A program made the position numbers and the translations under genes. Shown one piece after another: positions 46,558 to 56,057 of a DNA stretch of 64,000 nucleotides. The stretch is from an uncultured Acidimicrobiia bacterium. GTDB taxonomy: Bacteria; Actinomycetota; Acidimicrobiia; Spongiisociales; UBA5794. The DNA is taken from the NCBI GenBank assembly GCA_963704825.1, contig CAVPHV010000017.1, forward strand, positions 359,325-423,324. Direction: 5' to 3'. A model generated the notes under the pieces. That model saw only the letters and a list, made by a program, of their open reading frames with translations. It was not told where the DNA came from and searched no databases. Every line of letters starts with the position of its first letter. The first letter of the stretch is position 1.

Positions 46558-47586
46558 TCAGGCCGGGAAGACCACGACTTCGTCGACACCGACCTCGACC
46601 CTGTCGCCCGAGGTGAAGATGGGGCTGGCACCGATGCGGGACTGGAGGCGGCGGCCATCGTCGAACTCGAGGACAAGGAGTTGATCGTGGCCGTAGAACT
46701 CCTGCTCGACGATCCTGGCGGGGCCATCGGCCGCGGCGATGGGGTGGATCCACTCGGGGCGGATCATCACCCGAACCTCGCCCCGCAGGTCTGAGACCTG
46801 AGGGAAGGCCCCGAGCTCGGTCTGCACTGAGCCGATGCCGGCGATGCCGGCGATGAACTCGCTCTCGCCGATGAACCCGGCCACCCACGGATCTGCGGGG
46901 CGGCGGTAGAGCTGGTGGGGCGACCCGACCTGAAGGATCCGGCCGGAACGCATCACGGCAACCACGTCGGCGATTGCCAGTGCCTCCTCTTGATCGTGGG
47001 TGACGAACACGGCGGTCGCTCCCGCCTCTTTGAGAATGCGGCGGACGTCGCGGCGCATCCGGTCGCGCAGCGTCGCATCGAGATTGGAGAACGGCTCGTC
47101 CAACAGCACCACCTCGGGCCGCGGGGCCAAAGCCCGGGCCAGGGCCACCCGTTGCTGTTCGCCGCCGGAAAGCTCATGCGGCATTCGGTCACCGAAATCG
47201 CTCAGCCCAACGAGGTCGAGGACCTCGGCAACCCGGGACGCGGTGTCACGGTCGACGAGGCCGTACCCGACGTTGCGGGCCACGGTCATGTGGGGGAAGA
47301 GGGCGTAGTCCTGGAACACCATGCCCACTCGGCGGCGCTCCGGCGGAAGGTTGACGGACGCTGAGACGACGGTGGTCGCTCCGATCGTGACCGAGCCGGC
47401 GTCGGGGTCTTCGAAGCCGGCGATGACCCGCAGCGCCGAGGTCTTCCCGCACCCCGACGGGCCCAACAGGCTGAGAACCTGGCCCCGGGTGATCTCCAAC
47501 TCGAACTCGTCGAGCGCCAATGTGTCGTTGTAGCGCTTGACGAGGCGATGGCAGTGGATGGCGGATATGGCGGGTGGGGTAGTCAT
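46558..47586 (-). CDS. ABC transporter ATP-binding protein (FbpC/PotA-like, with a C-terminal TOBE-like domain).
   Basis: Walker A GPSGCGKTS, signature LSGGEQQRVALARAL, Walker B VVLLDEPFSNLD. Start at internal ATG overlapping the permease stop (ATGA). Confidence 0.85.
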   Translation of the reverse strand: MTTPPAISAIHCHRLVKRYNDTLALDEFELEITRGQVLSLLGPSGCGKTSALRVIAGFEDPDAGSVTIGATTVVSASVNLPPERRRVGMVFQDYALFPHMTVARNVGYGLVDRDTASRVAEVLDLVGLSDFGDRMPHELSGGEQQRVALARALAPRPEVVLLDEPFSNLDATLRDRMRRDVRRILKEAGATAVFVTHDQEEALAIADVVAVMRSGRILQVGSPHQLYRRPADPWVAGFIGESEFIAGIAGIGSVQTELGAFPQVSDLRGEVRVMIRPEWIHPIAAADGPARIVEQEFYGHDQLLVLEFDDGRRLQSRIGASPIFTSGDRVEVGVDEVVVFPA

Positions 47587-49217
47587 GCGCTCGGGTCTCG
47601 AAGGCGGCTCAGGATCAGATAAGTGGGCACGGCCGACACGACGACCAGCAGCAGAGCGGGTGCGGCGGCACGGGCATAGAACAGCTCGTTGGCCGTCGAC
47701 CATATCCGCACGGCAAGCGTATCAAAACCGGTAGGCCGCAATAGCAGCGTCGCCGGCAGTTCCTTCATGGTGGTGAGGAAGACTAGAGCACCCCCGGCGA
47801 GCAACCCCCGCCAGATGAGCGGCACGGTGATCTCGCGCATTGTCCGCATCGGGCCGCGGCCCAAGGCCCGGGCGGCGTCTTCGAGATGAGGGTTCACCTG
47901 GAGCAGGGCGGCACCGCCGGAACCCGTCGCCTGGGCGAGGAAGAGGATGGCGTAGACGATTACCAGCACGAGGAAGCTCTGATAGAGCGGTCCCAGGTAC
48001 TGCGCACCGAACAGCACGACGGCGAGCGCCACCGTGATGTGGGGGAGCGAGAAGACCACGTACACAGCGCGGTCCAGTGCCACCGAGGGACGGCTGCGGT
48101 AGCGCACGGTCAGTACGACCACGGGGATGGCAGCCGCAATTGCGATCAGCGCTGCCGCGGTTGATCCGCTGAGTGATCCGAGCACCGCTCCCCAGCGCAT
48201 GTCGATGACGTCGCCGCGCGCCACCCCGCGCAGCCACCAGATCAGCAGTGTTGTCAGGGGCAGCAGCAGGCCGATGGCTACGACGCTTCCCAGGAAGGCG
48301 TAGACCGCGAGTCGTGCCCGCTTGCTCACCTGGATGCGGCGCATCGGCCGGGTCGGCCGTCGTGAGAAGTAGGCGGCTCGGCCCCGGGACTTCTGCTCGG
48401 CCCACAGCACGATGAGGGCGATCACGACGAGTACCACCGACAACACCGCCGCCGGGGTGCGGTCCAGCCGGCCTTGGTACTGGGCGTAGATGACTCGGGT
48501 GAAGCTGTCGAAGCGCATCAGAGAGACCGCACCGAAGTCCGAGAGCGTATAGAGGGCGACCAGCAGAGACCCTGCCGCGATCGACGGGCGTAGCTGGGGG
48601 AGCACGACGGTACGGAACGCCCGCCAACTCGATGCCCCAAGACCTCGCGCCGCCTCCTCGTAGGCCGGGTCGACCCGTCGCAGTGCGGTCCGGGTGATCA
48701 GAAAGACGTAGGGGTAGGTCGACAACGTCAGCGCCATCCAGGCGCCCCAGAATCCCGAGATGGCCGGCAGTCCCACCCCGGTCAATTCGGCGAACAGGCC
48801 GCGGCCTCCGAAGAATGAGATCAGGGTCAGAGCGATCACGTACGACGGAACAACGAGGGGAAGCATCACAAGGACGGTCCATACCCGCCGCCCCCACAAT
48901 TCGATCCTGAAGGTGATCCAGGCCGCGGAAACGCCGATCAGGGCGGCGGTCGCCGTAACCGCAGCCGTGAAGAGCAGCGAGCGGACGATGAGTTCCAGGG
49001 TTCGGGTGCTGAACAGGATGTTCCACGCCGTCGAACTGGACGCGATGACATCGGCCCCCAGGAAGGCCATCGGGATCGCAACCGGAACCAGCACCAGCCA
49101 TGCCGCCAGCCACAGCCACCACGGAGCCCGCCTGCCGCGACGAGCCCGGGGCGGCGGCCGGTCCCGGTACCCGATTGCACGGTCGGGACCGGGTCCTTCC
49201 TCGAGGACGACGGTCAC
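47583..49217 (-). CDS. ABC transporter permease, duplicated (two-module) FbpB/ThiP-type (iron(III)/thiamine family).
   Basis: 544 aa, about 12 TM, two EAA-like loops. Overlaps the SBP stop and the ATPase start. Confidence 0.8.
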   Translation of the reverse strand: MTVVLEEGPGPDRAIGYRDRPPPRARRGRRAPWWLWLAAWLVLVPVAIPMAFLGADVIASSSTAWNILFSTRTLELIVRSLLFTAAVTATAALIGVSAAWITFRIELWGRRVWTVLVMLPLVVPSYVIALTLISFFGGRGLFAELTGVGLPAISGFWGAWMALTLSTYPYVFLITRTALRRVDPAYEEAARGLGASSWRAFRTVVLPQLRPSIAAGSLLVALYTLSDFGAVSLMRFDSFTRVIYAQYQGRLDRTPAAVLSVVLVVIALIVLWAEQKSRGRAAYFSRRPTRPMRRIQVSKRARLAVYAFLGSVVAIGLLLPLTTLLIWWLRGVARGDVIDMRWGAVLGSLSGSTAAALIAIAAAIPVVVLTVRYRSRPSVALDRAVYVVFSLPHITVALAVVLFGAQYLGPLYQSFLVLVIVYAILFLAQATGSGGAALLQVNPHLEDAARALGRGPMRTMREITVPLIWRGLLAGGALVFLTTMKELPATLLLRPTGFDTLAVRIWSTANELFYARAAAPALLLVVVSAVPTYLILSRLRDPSA

Positions 49218-50209
49218 AGCAGTCCGGCCTCCGCAACCAGATCGGTGGCTCGGTCGAGGACGGTGGCGAGCAGGGAGAGGTCGATGTCCGGCGGGTTGAG
49301 CGAGCCGAGCGCCGGAAGATCGGGATGTGCCTCGACCCCGGCAACCAGCGGATACTCAAATGTCTCGTGGGCAAAATACCGCTGGGCGTCGTCGGAGAGC
49401 AGAAAGGCCACGAACGCAGCCGCGCCGTCGGTGGACTCCAAGACCCCGACGCCGGCAGGCATGACCAGGGAGCCCGCGCTGCCGCCCGGCAGGAAGTAGT
49501 TGGCGGCGACGACCGAGTCGGCGCCTTCTTCGTCGATTCGCCTGAACAGGTAGTAGTGATTGACCAGGCCGCTGTCGACCTCGCCGTCGTCCACTGCGGA
49601 GACGATGACCGCGTTGCCCGAGTAGGTAGGCGACTCGTTGGCCTTCATCGCTTCGAGCCAGGCGAGGGTGGCATCCTCACCGTCGAGAAGGATCTTGGCG
49701 GCGACGAAGGCCAGAAACGACCCATTGGTGGGAGCAATGGCGACCCGACCCTTCCACTGCGGTTCGACGAAGCCGTCCTCGGTGGAGGGCAGGTCGTCGG
49801 GGTCGACCTTGGTCGTGTCATACACCACCGAACGAGCCCGTCCCGAGACGCCGGTCCACAGGCCGTTGGGGTCGCGGAGCTCGGCGGGGACGACGGCGAT
49901 GGTTGCGGCGTCGAGCGGTACAAAGAGGTCGGCGAGGGCGACGGCGCCAAGCGAGGCTGGTTCTTGGGCGAAGAACACGTCGGCCGGGGAGTTGTCGCCC
50001 TCGGCAAGGATCTGGGCGGCGAGCTCGGCGCTGTCGCCGTAGCGCACTTCAACGGAACGCCCGGTTGACTCCTCGAAGAGTTCGATCAGGGGGGCGACCA
50101 GCTCTTCGCTGCGGCCTGAGTAGACGGTCAGGGTGTCATCGGAGTCGCCGCAGGCGGTTGCCGCGACGGCGAGCGCGACCGACAGGATGAGGAACCGGAT
50201 ACGCATCAC
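49214..50209 (-). CDS. ABC transporter substrate-binding lipoprotein, FbpA/AfuA (iron(III))- or thiamine-type periplasmic binding protein.
   Basis: Lipobox LAVAATAC|G. TVYSGRSEELVAPLIELFEESTGRSVEVRYGDSAELAAQI matches the PBP2_Fbp-like fold family. Confidence 0.75.
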   Translation of the reverse strand: MMRIRFLILSVALAVAATACGDSDDTLTVYSGRSEELVAPLIELFEESTGRSVEVRYGDSAELAAQILAEGDNSPADVFFAQEPASLGAVALADLFVPLDAATIAVVPAELRDPNGLWTGVSGRARSVVYDTTKVDPDDLPSTEDGFVEPQWKGRVAIAPTNGSFLAFVAAKILLDGEDATLAWLEAMKANESPTYSGNAVIVSAVDDGEVDSGLVNHYYLFRRIDEEGADSVVAANYFLPGGSAGSLVMPAGVGVLESTDGAAAFVAFLLSDDAQRYFAHETFEYPLVAGVEAHPDLPALGSLNPPDIDLSLLATVLDRATDLVAEAGLL

Positions 50210-50242
50210 ATCTCCAACGGGTGCCAGCCGCCAGGCTATTCA

Positions 50243-50258
50243 CACTACCGCCGTAGTG
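50243..50258 (-). promoter_or_regulatory. Perfect palindrome CACTAC-cgcc-GTAGTG about 35 nt upstream of the ABC-transporter SBP start codon; candidate operator.
   Basis: Seen in the 60-nt intergenic space. It does not match IdeR/Zur/Fur boxes that I know. Confidence 0.2.
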
Positions 50259-50269
50259 CAAATAGGTGG

Positions 50270-51445
50270 TCAGCCATCGCCACCGTGGGCACGTCGAGCC
50301 GCCGCCTCGCGGCGGGTCTTGCGCAGACCGTGGCGCCAGGTCACCCATGCACCCAGACCGAGGGGAATGGGAACCAGGAACGTGGCGCCGCGGAAGATGA
50401 GCACGCCGGCGACGATCTCGGCCGTGGTGGTCGGGTCGGCGCCGAGCGCCAGGATGGCCGAAAACCCGAGTTCGGCCACGCCGGCGCCGCCCGGCGTGAT
50501 CGGGACCGCAATCAACAGCCGGACAAACGCGAAGGCGAGCAGCACCCGATAGAAACTCACGTCGGCACCCGAAACGCCGACGAAGCGCAGCGACGCCCAA
50601 AGCAGCAGGAACGTGGCGATGTGCCCGGCAAGAATCGATAGGCCAACCCACCAGCCTCGACTCTTGAGGAGAGCAACCGTCTTGTGGCGGAAGCCGAGGA
50701 ACACCTCGATCCAATCGCGGTGGACGAAGGTCCAGTTCTCCGGCAACCGCTTGCAGATCCGATTGGCCAGTCTGCCAATGCCGGTGGCTGCCGTATCCGA
50801 ACGCAAGATGAGCCAGACGATGATGGCGAGGGTGATCATCACCACCACGGCGGCGGCGACGGCAATCTGAAGTCGCGTATCGAGATCGCCACGGATGACG
50901 GCGAGCGAGGCGACTGCGGTCGGTAGGGCGAGTCGCAAAAAGAGATCCCAGAAGCCGTAGACGAGCAAGCCGGCGGCCACGGCGTCGCCCTTGACCTTCC
51001 ACGAGTTCAGCATGGCGATCTGGATACCGAAGGCAAAGGCGCCGCCGGCCGGGACGGTGTTGGCCACCGCCGTCGAGGCTAGGTGGATCTCGGCGGCATT
51101 GCGGAACTTGATGGTGGGGAAGGCGCCCATGAAGGCCAGCCAGAACGGGACCAGGGTCAGGATGGTGAGCGCGATCAGGCCAAGTACGTGCCCCAACGTG
51201 AGGTATTTGATTGCCTCCCACGCATCGCGGTAGTCGGCGATCTTGGGGAGCAGGAACGCAAAGACGATGACGACGACGACCAGCGAAACGAGGCCGAGGC
51301 CGATGCGCAGCCAAATACCGCGCATCTTCTTCTTCGCCTTCGCCTCTTCTTCCGAAGGACGTGAAGCGCCCGGGGTGGCGTCCGCAGCGTTTGGGTTGTC
51401 GCCGGGGGTCAGCTCAGATTCGTCCGTTGGTGGGGTGGCGTCCAT
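50270..51445 (-). CDS. Lysylphosphatidylglycerol-synthase-TM-domain-like (UPF0104 / flippase-like) membrane protein.
   Basis: 391 aa, about 8 TM, acidic/Ala-rich N-terminal tail. Architecture and helix pattern fit the LPG_synthase_TM family. Confidence 0.6.
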   Translation of the reverse strand: MDATPPTDESELTPGDNPNAADATPGASRPSEEEAKAKKKMRGIWLRIGLGLVSLVVVVIVFAFLLPKIADYRDAWEAIKYLTLGHVLGLIALTILTLVPFWLAFMGAFPTIKFRNAAEIHLASTAVANTVPAGGAFAFGIQIAMLNSWKVKGDAVAAGLLVYGFWDLFLRLALPTAVASLAVIRGDLDTRLQIAVAAAVVVMITLAIIVWLILRSDTAATGIGRLANRICKRLPENWTFVHRDWIEVFLGFRHKTVALLKSRGWWVGLSILAGHIATFLLLWASLRFVGVSGADVSFYRVLLAFAFVRLLIAVPITPGGAGVAELGFSAILALGADPTTTAEIVAGVLIFRGATFLVPIPLGLGAWVTWRHGLRKTRREAAARRAHGGDG

Positions 51446-51489
51446 GGACTGCCACTATCCCACGACGGGTTCGAGCTGCGCCGCCAGGT

Positions 51490-51741
51490 TTACTGTCCCC
51501 GGCGAATCAGGCGCCAGATGGCCAGCACGATGATGGCGCCGACGATGGAGCCGATGAGACCGCTCATGCGAATGTCGAAACCGTCGCCCGCGATGAGGCT
51601 GGCGAGCAGACCGCCGACGAACGAACCAACCAGGCCGACGACCAGCGCCTCGGTCCAGTTGACCTTCTGACCGCGGTTGACGACCAGCTCGGCGATCCAT
51701 CCGGCTGCAATGCCGATAACGAGGATGGCCAGAATCAACAT
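51490..51741 (-). CDS. GlsB/YeaQ/YmgE-family (transglycosylase-associated) small membrane stress protein.
   Basis: 83 aa from internal ATG. MLILAILVIGIAAGWIAELVV...GLVGSFVGGLLASLIAG...GSIVGAIIVLAIWRLI is the typical three-helix Gly-zipper pattern. Confidence 0.7.
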   Translation of the reverse strand: MLILAILVIGIAAGWIAELVVNRGQKVNWTEALVVGLVGSFVGGLLASLIAGDGFDIRMSGLIGSIVGAIIVLAIWRLIRRGQ

Positions 51742-51926
51742 GTTCACACTCCAAGGGGTTTGCGGGTCGGCGCAGTCTACGAGCCGCCGGAGCGCTCGAC
51801 CAGTCTGGGCTCCGGCGACGGCCGGATGGCTTTGCGGCGGGCGGGATTCCGGCGCTGGCGCTGGCGCCGACGCCGAAGATGGCTCCGCCGATGGCGGCCA
51901 CACGATTCTCCTAGGCTGACCGGCAC

Positions 51927-53264
51927 ATGACGGCGCCACCTCCGCCCCCCCAAAGTCGCAAGGACCGCTTCATTCGCACCCTCGCCTATCGGCTGGTGTG
52001 GCTGCTCTATCGCGACGTCGAGGTGTTTTTCGCCCCCGGCCAGGTGACCGACGGTCCCGAGGTGGGTGTGTCGAATCACTTCGGGGGGTTCGCCGATCCG
52101 CTGCTGTTGATGTCGGTGCTGCCGCGCCGGCCGCGGATCGTCGCCAGAGACAAGATCTGGAAGATCCCCGTGGTCGGTTGGATCATGACGTGGGTCGGCG
52201 GCATTCCGGTGCATCGCGCCGTCGACAAAGGCCGGTCCGGAAACGACCAGATGTTTGGCTCTTGCTACAAGGCGTTGCATGAGGGCGACGAGATCATGAT
52301 CTTTCCCGAGGGGGTGACCCGGGACGACCCTTCGATCGCCCCGGTCAAGACCGGTGCCGCACGAATTGCGATGGGAGCCCGCAGCGACGGGGTGACGGGC
52401 ATCAGGATCACTCCCGCCGGGATCCACTACGAGAACAAGGCGGCGCTGCGCAGCAGGGTTTCCATCCACGTGGGCGAGCAGCTCGACCTCGACGCCGACA
52501 TCGGGCAGTTCGTTAAGCCCGGCGAACCCGACGACACCTCGAACCACGATGCGGTGCGGGCGCTCACGGCGGACATCGAGCAGCGACTTCGCCGGGTCGC
52601 CCCCAACTTCGATGACTGGACCGAGGCCAGGGCGTTGACGTTCGGGTCCGAGGTGTTGCTGCGCACCACCCAGGATGACCCGGGTGCGCCGGTCCCAATC
52701 TCGGAGCGAGACCGGGTTGCCGCCCTCCTCGGCAGACGCCCCGAACCGGCCCGGGCCGAGGTCGTCGCTGCGGTGGGGGCCTATGAGTCTGTTCTCGAAG
52801 CGGTCGGGCTCAGCGACGAGGACCTCTATCAGAACTCGTCAACCGGGAAGTTCCTTTGGCACGTCGTGTGGAATCTGCTCGTCGCTCTGCTGCTGCTGCC
52901 GTTTGGGTTGATCGGCATCGCGGTCAACTGGATCCCGATGCTGCTGTTGTGGCTTCTCGGCAGGCTGCGAGTGGCTCCGGCGGTGAAGGCGACGGTCCTC
53001 CCGATGGGAGCGATTCTGCTCTTCGGGATCACCTGGGGATTGACCGCCTGGGGTGCCGACCAGCTGTTCGGATTGGAAGGGGTGGGAGCAATCCTGCTCT
53101 TGATGCCGATCTACCTGTTTGCCGTAATCGTGCTCTCCGAACGGCTGGTGCTGATTTGGCAGTCGTGGCGGACCTGGATCCGCAAAGGGAGGGCCGGCAA
53201 CCTGAAGGAGCGCATCCTGGCCGACCGCCGGCAGGTCGTCGATGCGGTTGCTGATGCGTTATAA
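51927..53264 (+). CDS. 1-acyl-sn-glycerol-3-phosphate (lysophospholipid) acyltransferase, PlsC family, with a C-terminal membrane extension.
   Basis: Motif I NHFGGFAD (HxxxxD), motif III FPEGVTRD, motif IV PVKTGAARIA. Confidence 0.8.
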   Translation: MTAPPPPPQSRKDRFIRTLAYRLVWLLYRDVEVFFAPGQVTDGPEVGVSNHFGGFADPLLLMSVLPRRPRIVARDKIWKIPVVGWIMTWVGGIPVHRAVDKGRSGNDQMFGSCYKALHEGDEIMIFPEGVTRDDPSIAPVKTGAARIAMGARSDGVTGIRITPAGIHYENKAALRSRVSIHVGEQLDLDADIGQFVKPGEPDDTSNHDAVRALTADIEQRLRRVAPNFDDWTEARALTFGSEVLLRTTQDDPGAPVPISERDRVAALLGRRPEPARAEVVAAVGAYESVLEAVGLSDEDLYQNSSTGKFLWHVVWNLLVALLLLPFGLIGIAVNWIPMLLLWLLGRLRVAPAVKATVLPMGAILLFGITWGLTAWGADQLFGLEGVGAILLLMPIYLFAVIVLSERLVLIWQSWRTWIRKGRAGNLKERILADRRQVVDAVADAL

Positions 53265-54033
53265 GGACGAGCTGCTTCCTGACGACCTCTGGCGGCCATC
53301 GCGCTGGAGGTTCGAGGTTCCCGATCGTCCGCCGGGGATACCGTGGGCGATGCTGGCAACGCTGACGATCGTCATCGTCTACAACCCGGTTGGCAACGAG
53401 GCGCTGGCCGCCTGGGCCTACATCCCGGCCAATCTCGTCGTCGGTGTGGTGCTCATCGCGGTCGCCCGCTGGTCGGGGCTCTCCTGGGATCTGATGGGTA
53501 TGCGCCCCGACCGCCTCGCCACGGGCGCCAAGGTCGGACTTGTTGCGGCCGGAGTGATTCTGCTGGTCGTGGCCTTCGGGATCGTGCTTCCCCCGGTGCG
53601 GGAGTACTTTGCCGACGACCGCTTTGTTGGTGAGGGGTGGGGTGACATGCTCTACCAGGCGATGGTGCGGATCCCGATTGGGACGGCGGCCTTCGAGGAA
53701 GTGGTGTTCCGCGGCGTGCTGCTCGGGTTCTTCCTGCAACGCATGGCCGTATGGAAGGCGGCGACCCTCTCGTCGGTCTTGTTCGGTCTGTGGCATATCC
53801 TGCCGACGTTCGACAGTATCGAAACCAACCCCGGAGGAGACCTGCTCGAGGGCGGGTTGGCCGTCACCGCCGCCGTCGTCGGCGCCGTGCTCGTCACGGG
53901 TGTCGCCGGCTACGCCTTCGCCTGGCTCCGGCTGCGAGCCAACAGCCTGCTCGCTCCGATCCTGGCGCACTTCGCCATCAACAGTGTCGCCTACGTGGCG
54001 GGATGGATGGTGGTCCGCTACGGATGGGCCTGA
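53242..54033 (+). CDS. CPBP-family intramembrane metalloprotease (CAAX protease/Abi family).
   Basis: Motifs EExxFR (FEEVVFRG), FxxxH (FGLWHI) and HxxxN (HFAINS). Overlaps the PlsC-like gene by 23 nt. Confidence 0.8.
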   Translation: MRLLMRYKDELLPDDLWRPSRWRFEVPDRPPGIPWAMLATLTIVIVYNPVGNEALAAWAYIPANLVVGVVLIAVARWSGLSWDLMGMRPDRLATGAKVGLVAAGVILLVVAFGIVLPPVREYFADDRFVGEGWGDMLYQAMVRIPIGTAAFEEVVFRGVLLGFFLQRMAVWKAATLSSVLFGLWHILPTFDSIETNPGGDLLEGGLAVTAAVVGAVLVTGVAGYAFAWLRLRANSLLAPILAHFAINSVAYVAGWMVVRYGWA

Positions 54034-54049
54034 GGCGGGGCGATCGCCG

Positions 54050-55471
54050 CTACTTGATCAGCACGTAGACGGTCTCGCCGGGGGTGCCGTTGGCGCCGTC
54101 GCGCAGGGTCTCGGGCAGCGCCAGGCTGGGGATCATGATGGCGGTCAGCGCTTCGATCTGGGCGCCTCCGGCGTTGCCGGATCCGCCGACGGTTTCTGCC
54201 GGGTCGTAGACGATGCCGCAGCTCTTGCTCTTGCACTTCCACAACGTGGTCTGCAGGTAGACCGGGCGGAAGTCGCGGATCGTACGGTCGGTATTCCCGT
54301 TGCCGAGATCGTCCTCCCAGAAGATCGGCACCCAGGCCCACCGGACGGCGTCCTGGAGTTCCTCGGTGAAGATCGGGCCGTCGTCAGAACTCCAGGTGTC
54401 GAGGCAGGCGACCATGGCGTCGTGGTCGGCGACACCGCCGCACAGGTTCTGTCCGTTGGTGTTGAGGAACTGCCACAGTGGCGTGTCGTCGAGGCCGGCG
54501 CCTCCGACGTTGCGGAGATTCTCGCCCCGCGCCAGTCGGCCGGAGACGCCATCGCCGGGGAACCCGGTGACGAGGCCGGTTTGGAGCACGCCCGTCTTGT
54601 TGCCGGTCTCGGTGGTCAGGGTGTAGGGCTCGAGGTGGTGGTCGCCGCTGGTGCACACGTCGCGATCGACCAATGGTGTCTCTCCGGCGGTGGCCGCCTT
54701 CGACAGCTTGTGATCGGCGCCCTGGGCGACGTTGCGCGACAAGCGGCCGATGGTGTTGCCGGTGCACGTGGTCGAGGTACCCAGCGAGTCGCTCCCGAAC
54801 TGGGTGATGTCGAGGAACCCGAAGTTCCCCGTATCGGGGCCGTCGCACGGCGGAACCCCCTTGGGGTTGGCGCCGCTCTTGAGGCAGACCTCGATGTCGC
54901 CGCTGACGGCCCACGGGAGGCCAAAGGGCAACACCCCGCCTGCCTTGGTCGACGGGATCAGTTCGACTTCGGCCTCGCCCGACGTCGCGATGGTCTGATG
55001 GCCGAGCACCTGGGCGAACGCGGTCTGCATTTCGATGTCGGGCAGCCGAACTCGCATCTTGGTCAGGTCGGCGTTGAACGACACGCAATCCGAACTGTTG
55101 GTCTTGGTGTATTCGCCGGGCTTCTCGGCGTCGACACACGCCGCCCAGGCGGTCTCCCACTCGTCGAACGTCAGGTCGGGTTCGATGGTGTTGTAGGTGA
55201 TCCGAATGACTTCGGTTTCGGCGTCGTCCATTGCCTGACCTTCGGGCTTGTCCGCAACGAACTGGGCGCCGGCAAGGGCTCCGGTGTCGGCCGCGGCCTG
55301 GTTCTCACGAACCTGCGACCATGCCATGGCCCCGTCAACGGCGATGGCGGCGAAGCCGAACAGCATGACGAGCGAAAGGGCGACGAGGATGAGGGTGGCC
55401 CCCTCCTCGTCACGGCGGAGGCGGTCCCTCAGGGACACGTGTAGCTCCCTCCCGCACCATCGACCCACCAA
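54050..55471 (-). CDS. TadG-like (Flp-pilus assembly, TadE-domain N-terminus) large pseudopilin-like protein.
   Basis: N-terminal EGATLILVALSLVMLFGFAAIAVDGAMAW is the TadE-like motif. The remainder is Thr/Gly/Asp-rich extracellular. Confidence 0.6.
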   Translation of the reverse strand: MVGRWCGRELHVSLRDRLRRDEEGATLILVALSLVMLFGFAAIAVDGAMAWSQVRENQAAADTGALAGAQFVADKPEGQAMDDAETEVIRITYNTIEPDLTFDEWETAWAACVDAEKPGEYTKTNSSDCVSFNADLTKMRVRLPDIEMQTAFAQVLGHQTIATSGEAEVELIPSTKAGGVLPFGLPWAVSGDIEVCLKSGANPKGVPPCDGPDTGNFGFLDITQFGSDSLGTSTTCTGNTIGRLSRNVAQGADHKLSKAATAGETPLVDRDVCTSGDHHLEPYTLTTETGNKTGVLQTGLVTGFPGDGVSGRLARGENLRNVGGAGLDDTPLWQFLNTNGQNLCGGVADHDAMVACLDTWSSDDGPIFTEELQDAVRWAWVPIFWEDDLGNGNTDRTIRDFRPVYLQTTLWKCKSKSCGIVYDPAETVGGSGNAGGAQIEALTAIMIPSLALPETLRDGANGTPGETVYVLIK

Positions 55472-55899
55472 TCGGTTTCACCGCTCAGTGGCTGCTCGAT
55501 GCGAAATTCGATCGTTGATTCGATGTCGAGGTTTCCGAAGATGCCGTCGAGCATGCCGGTGATGGTCTGGTAGGTGCTCGAGATCGTGATCTGGGCGAGG
55601 CCGCCGGTGCTGCCTTCGGCTGAGATCGGCGTGATTGTGACCTCAGGAGTGGTGGCCGGGTAGACGATGTCCATCCGGGCGCACGCCTCTTGGGCAACGG
55701 CTTGGACGTCGCCGTAGTTGACGGCCGCCAGGCGGGCCGCTTCACGGGTGCCGTGGCGCACGTCGTTCTGCTGGGCGAAGGCCCAAGAGGCCTCGAGAAT
55801 GCCAAACAGCATCACGATCAGCAGGGGGAGGATGATGGCGAACTCGACGAGCGCGGCGCCTTCCTCGGATTTCTTGCCCTTGGTGAGCAGCCGAAACAT
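55429..55899 (-). CDS. TadE-like pseudopilin (TadE/TadF family).
   Basis: Start at internal ATG (MFRLLTKGKKSEEGAALVEFAIILPLLIVMLFGILEASWAF) with a GGGAG SD upstream. 156 aa. Confidence 0.7.
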   Translation of the reverse strand: MFRLLTKGKKSEEGAALVEFAIILPLLIVMLFGILEASWAFAQQNDVRHGTREAARLAAVNYGDVQAVAQEACARMDIVYPATTPEVTITPISAEGSTGGLAQITISSTYQTITGMLDGIFGNLDIESTIEFRIEQPLSGETDWWVDGAGGSYTCP

Positions 55900-56057
55900 C
55901 GGCCGACTCCCTTCGTAGTGTTCGTCCGTTCCGCAGCCTCTCGGCAGGGAACCCTGTCCATACCCAGGTTGTCGACCCGAAATGGGGTCAAACTTGAGGT
56001 CCAAAAGGTGAATAGTCATGACCGCCGGAGCGGCGCGGTGGTGACGAGACCGTCGGG

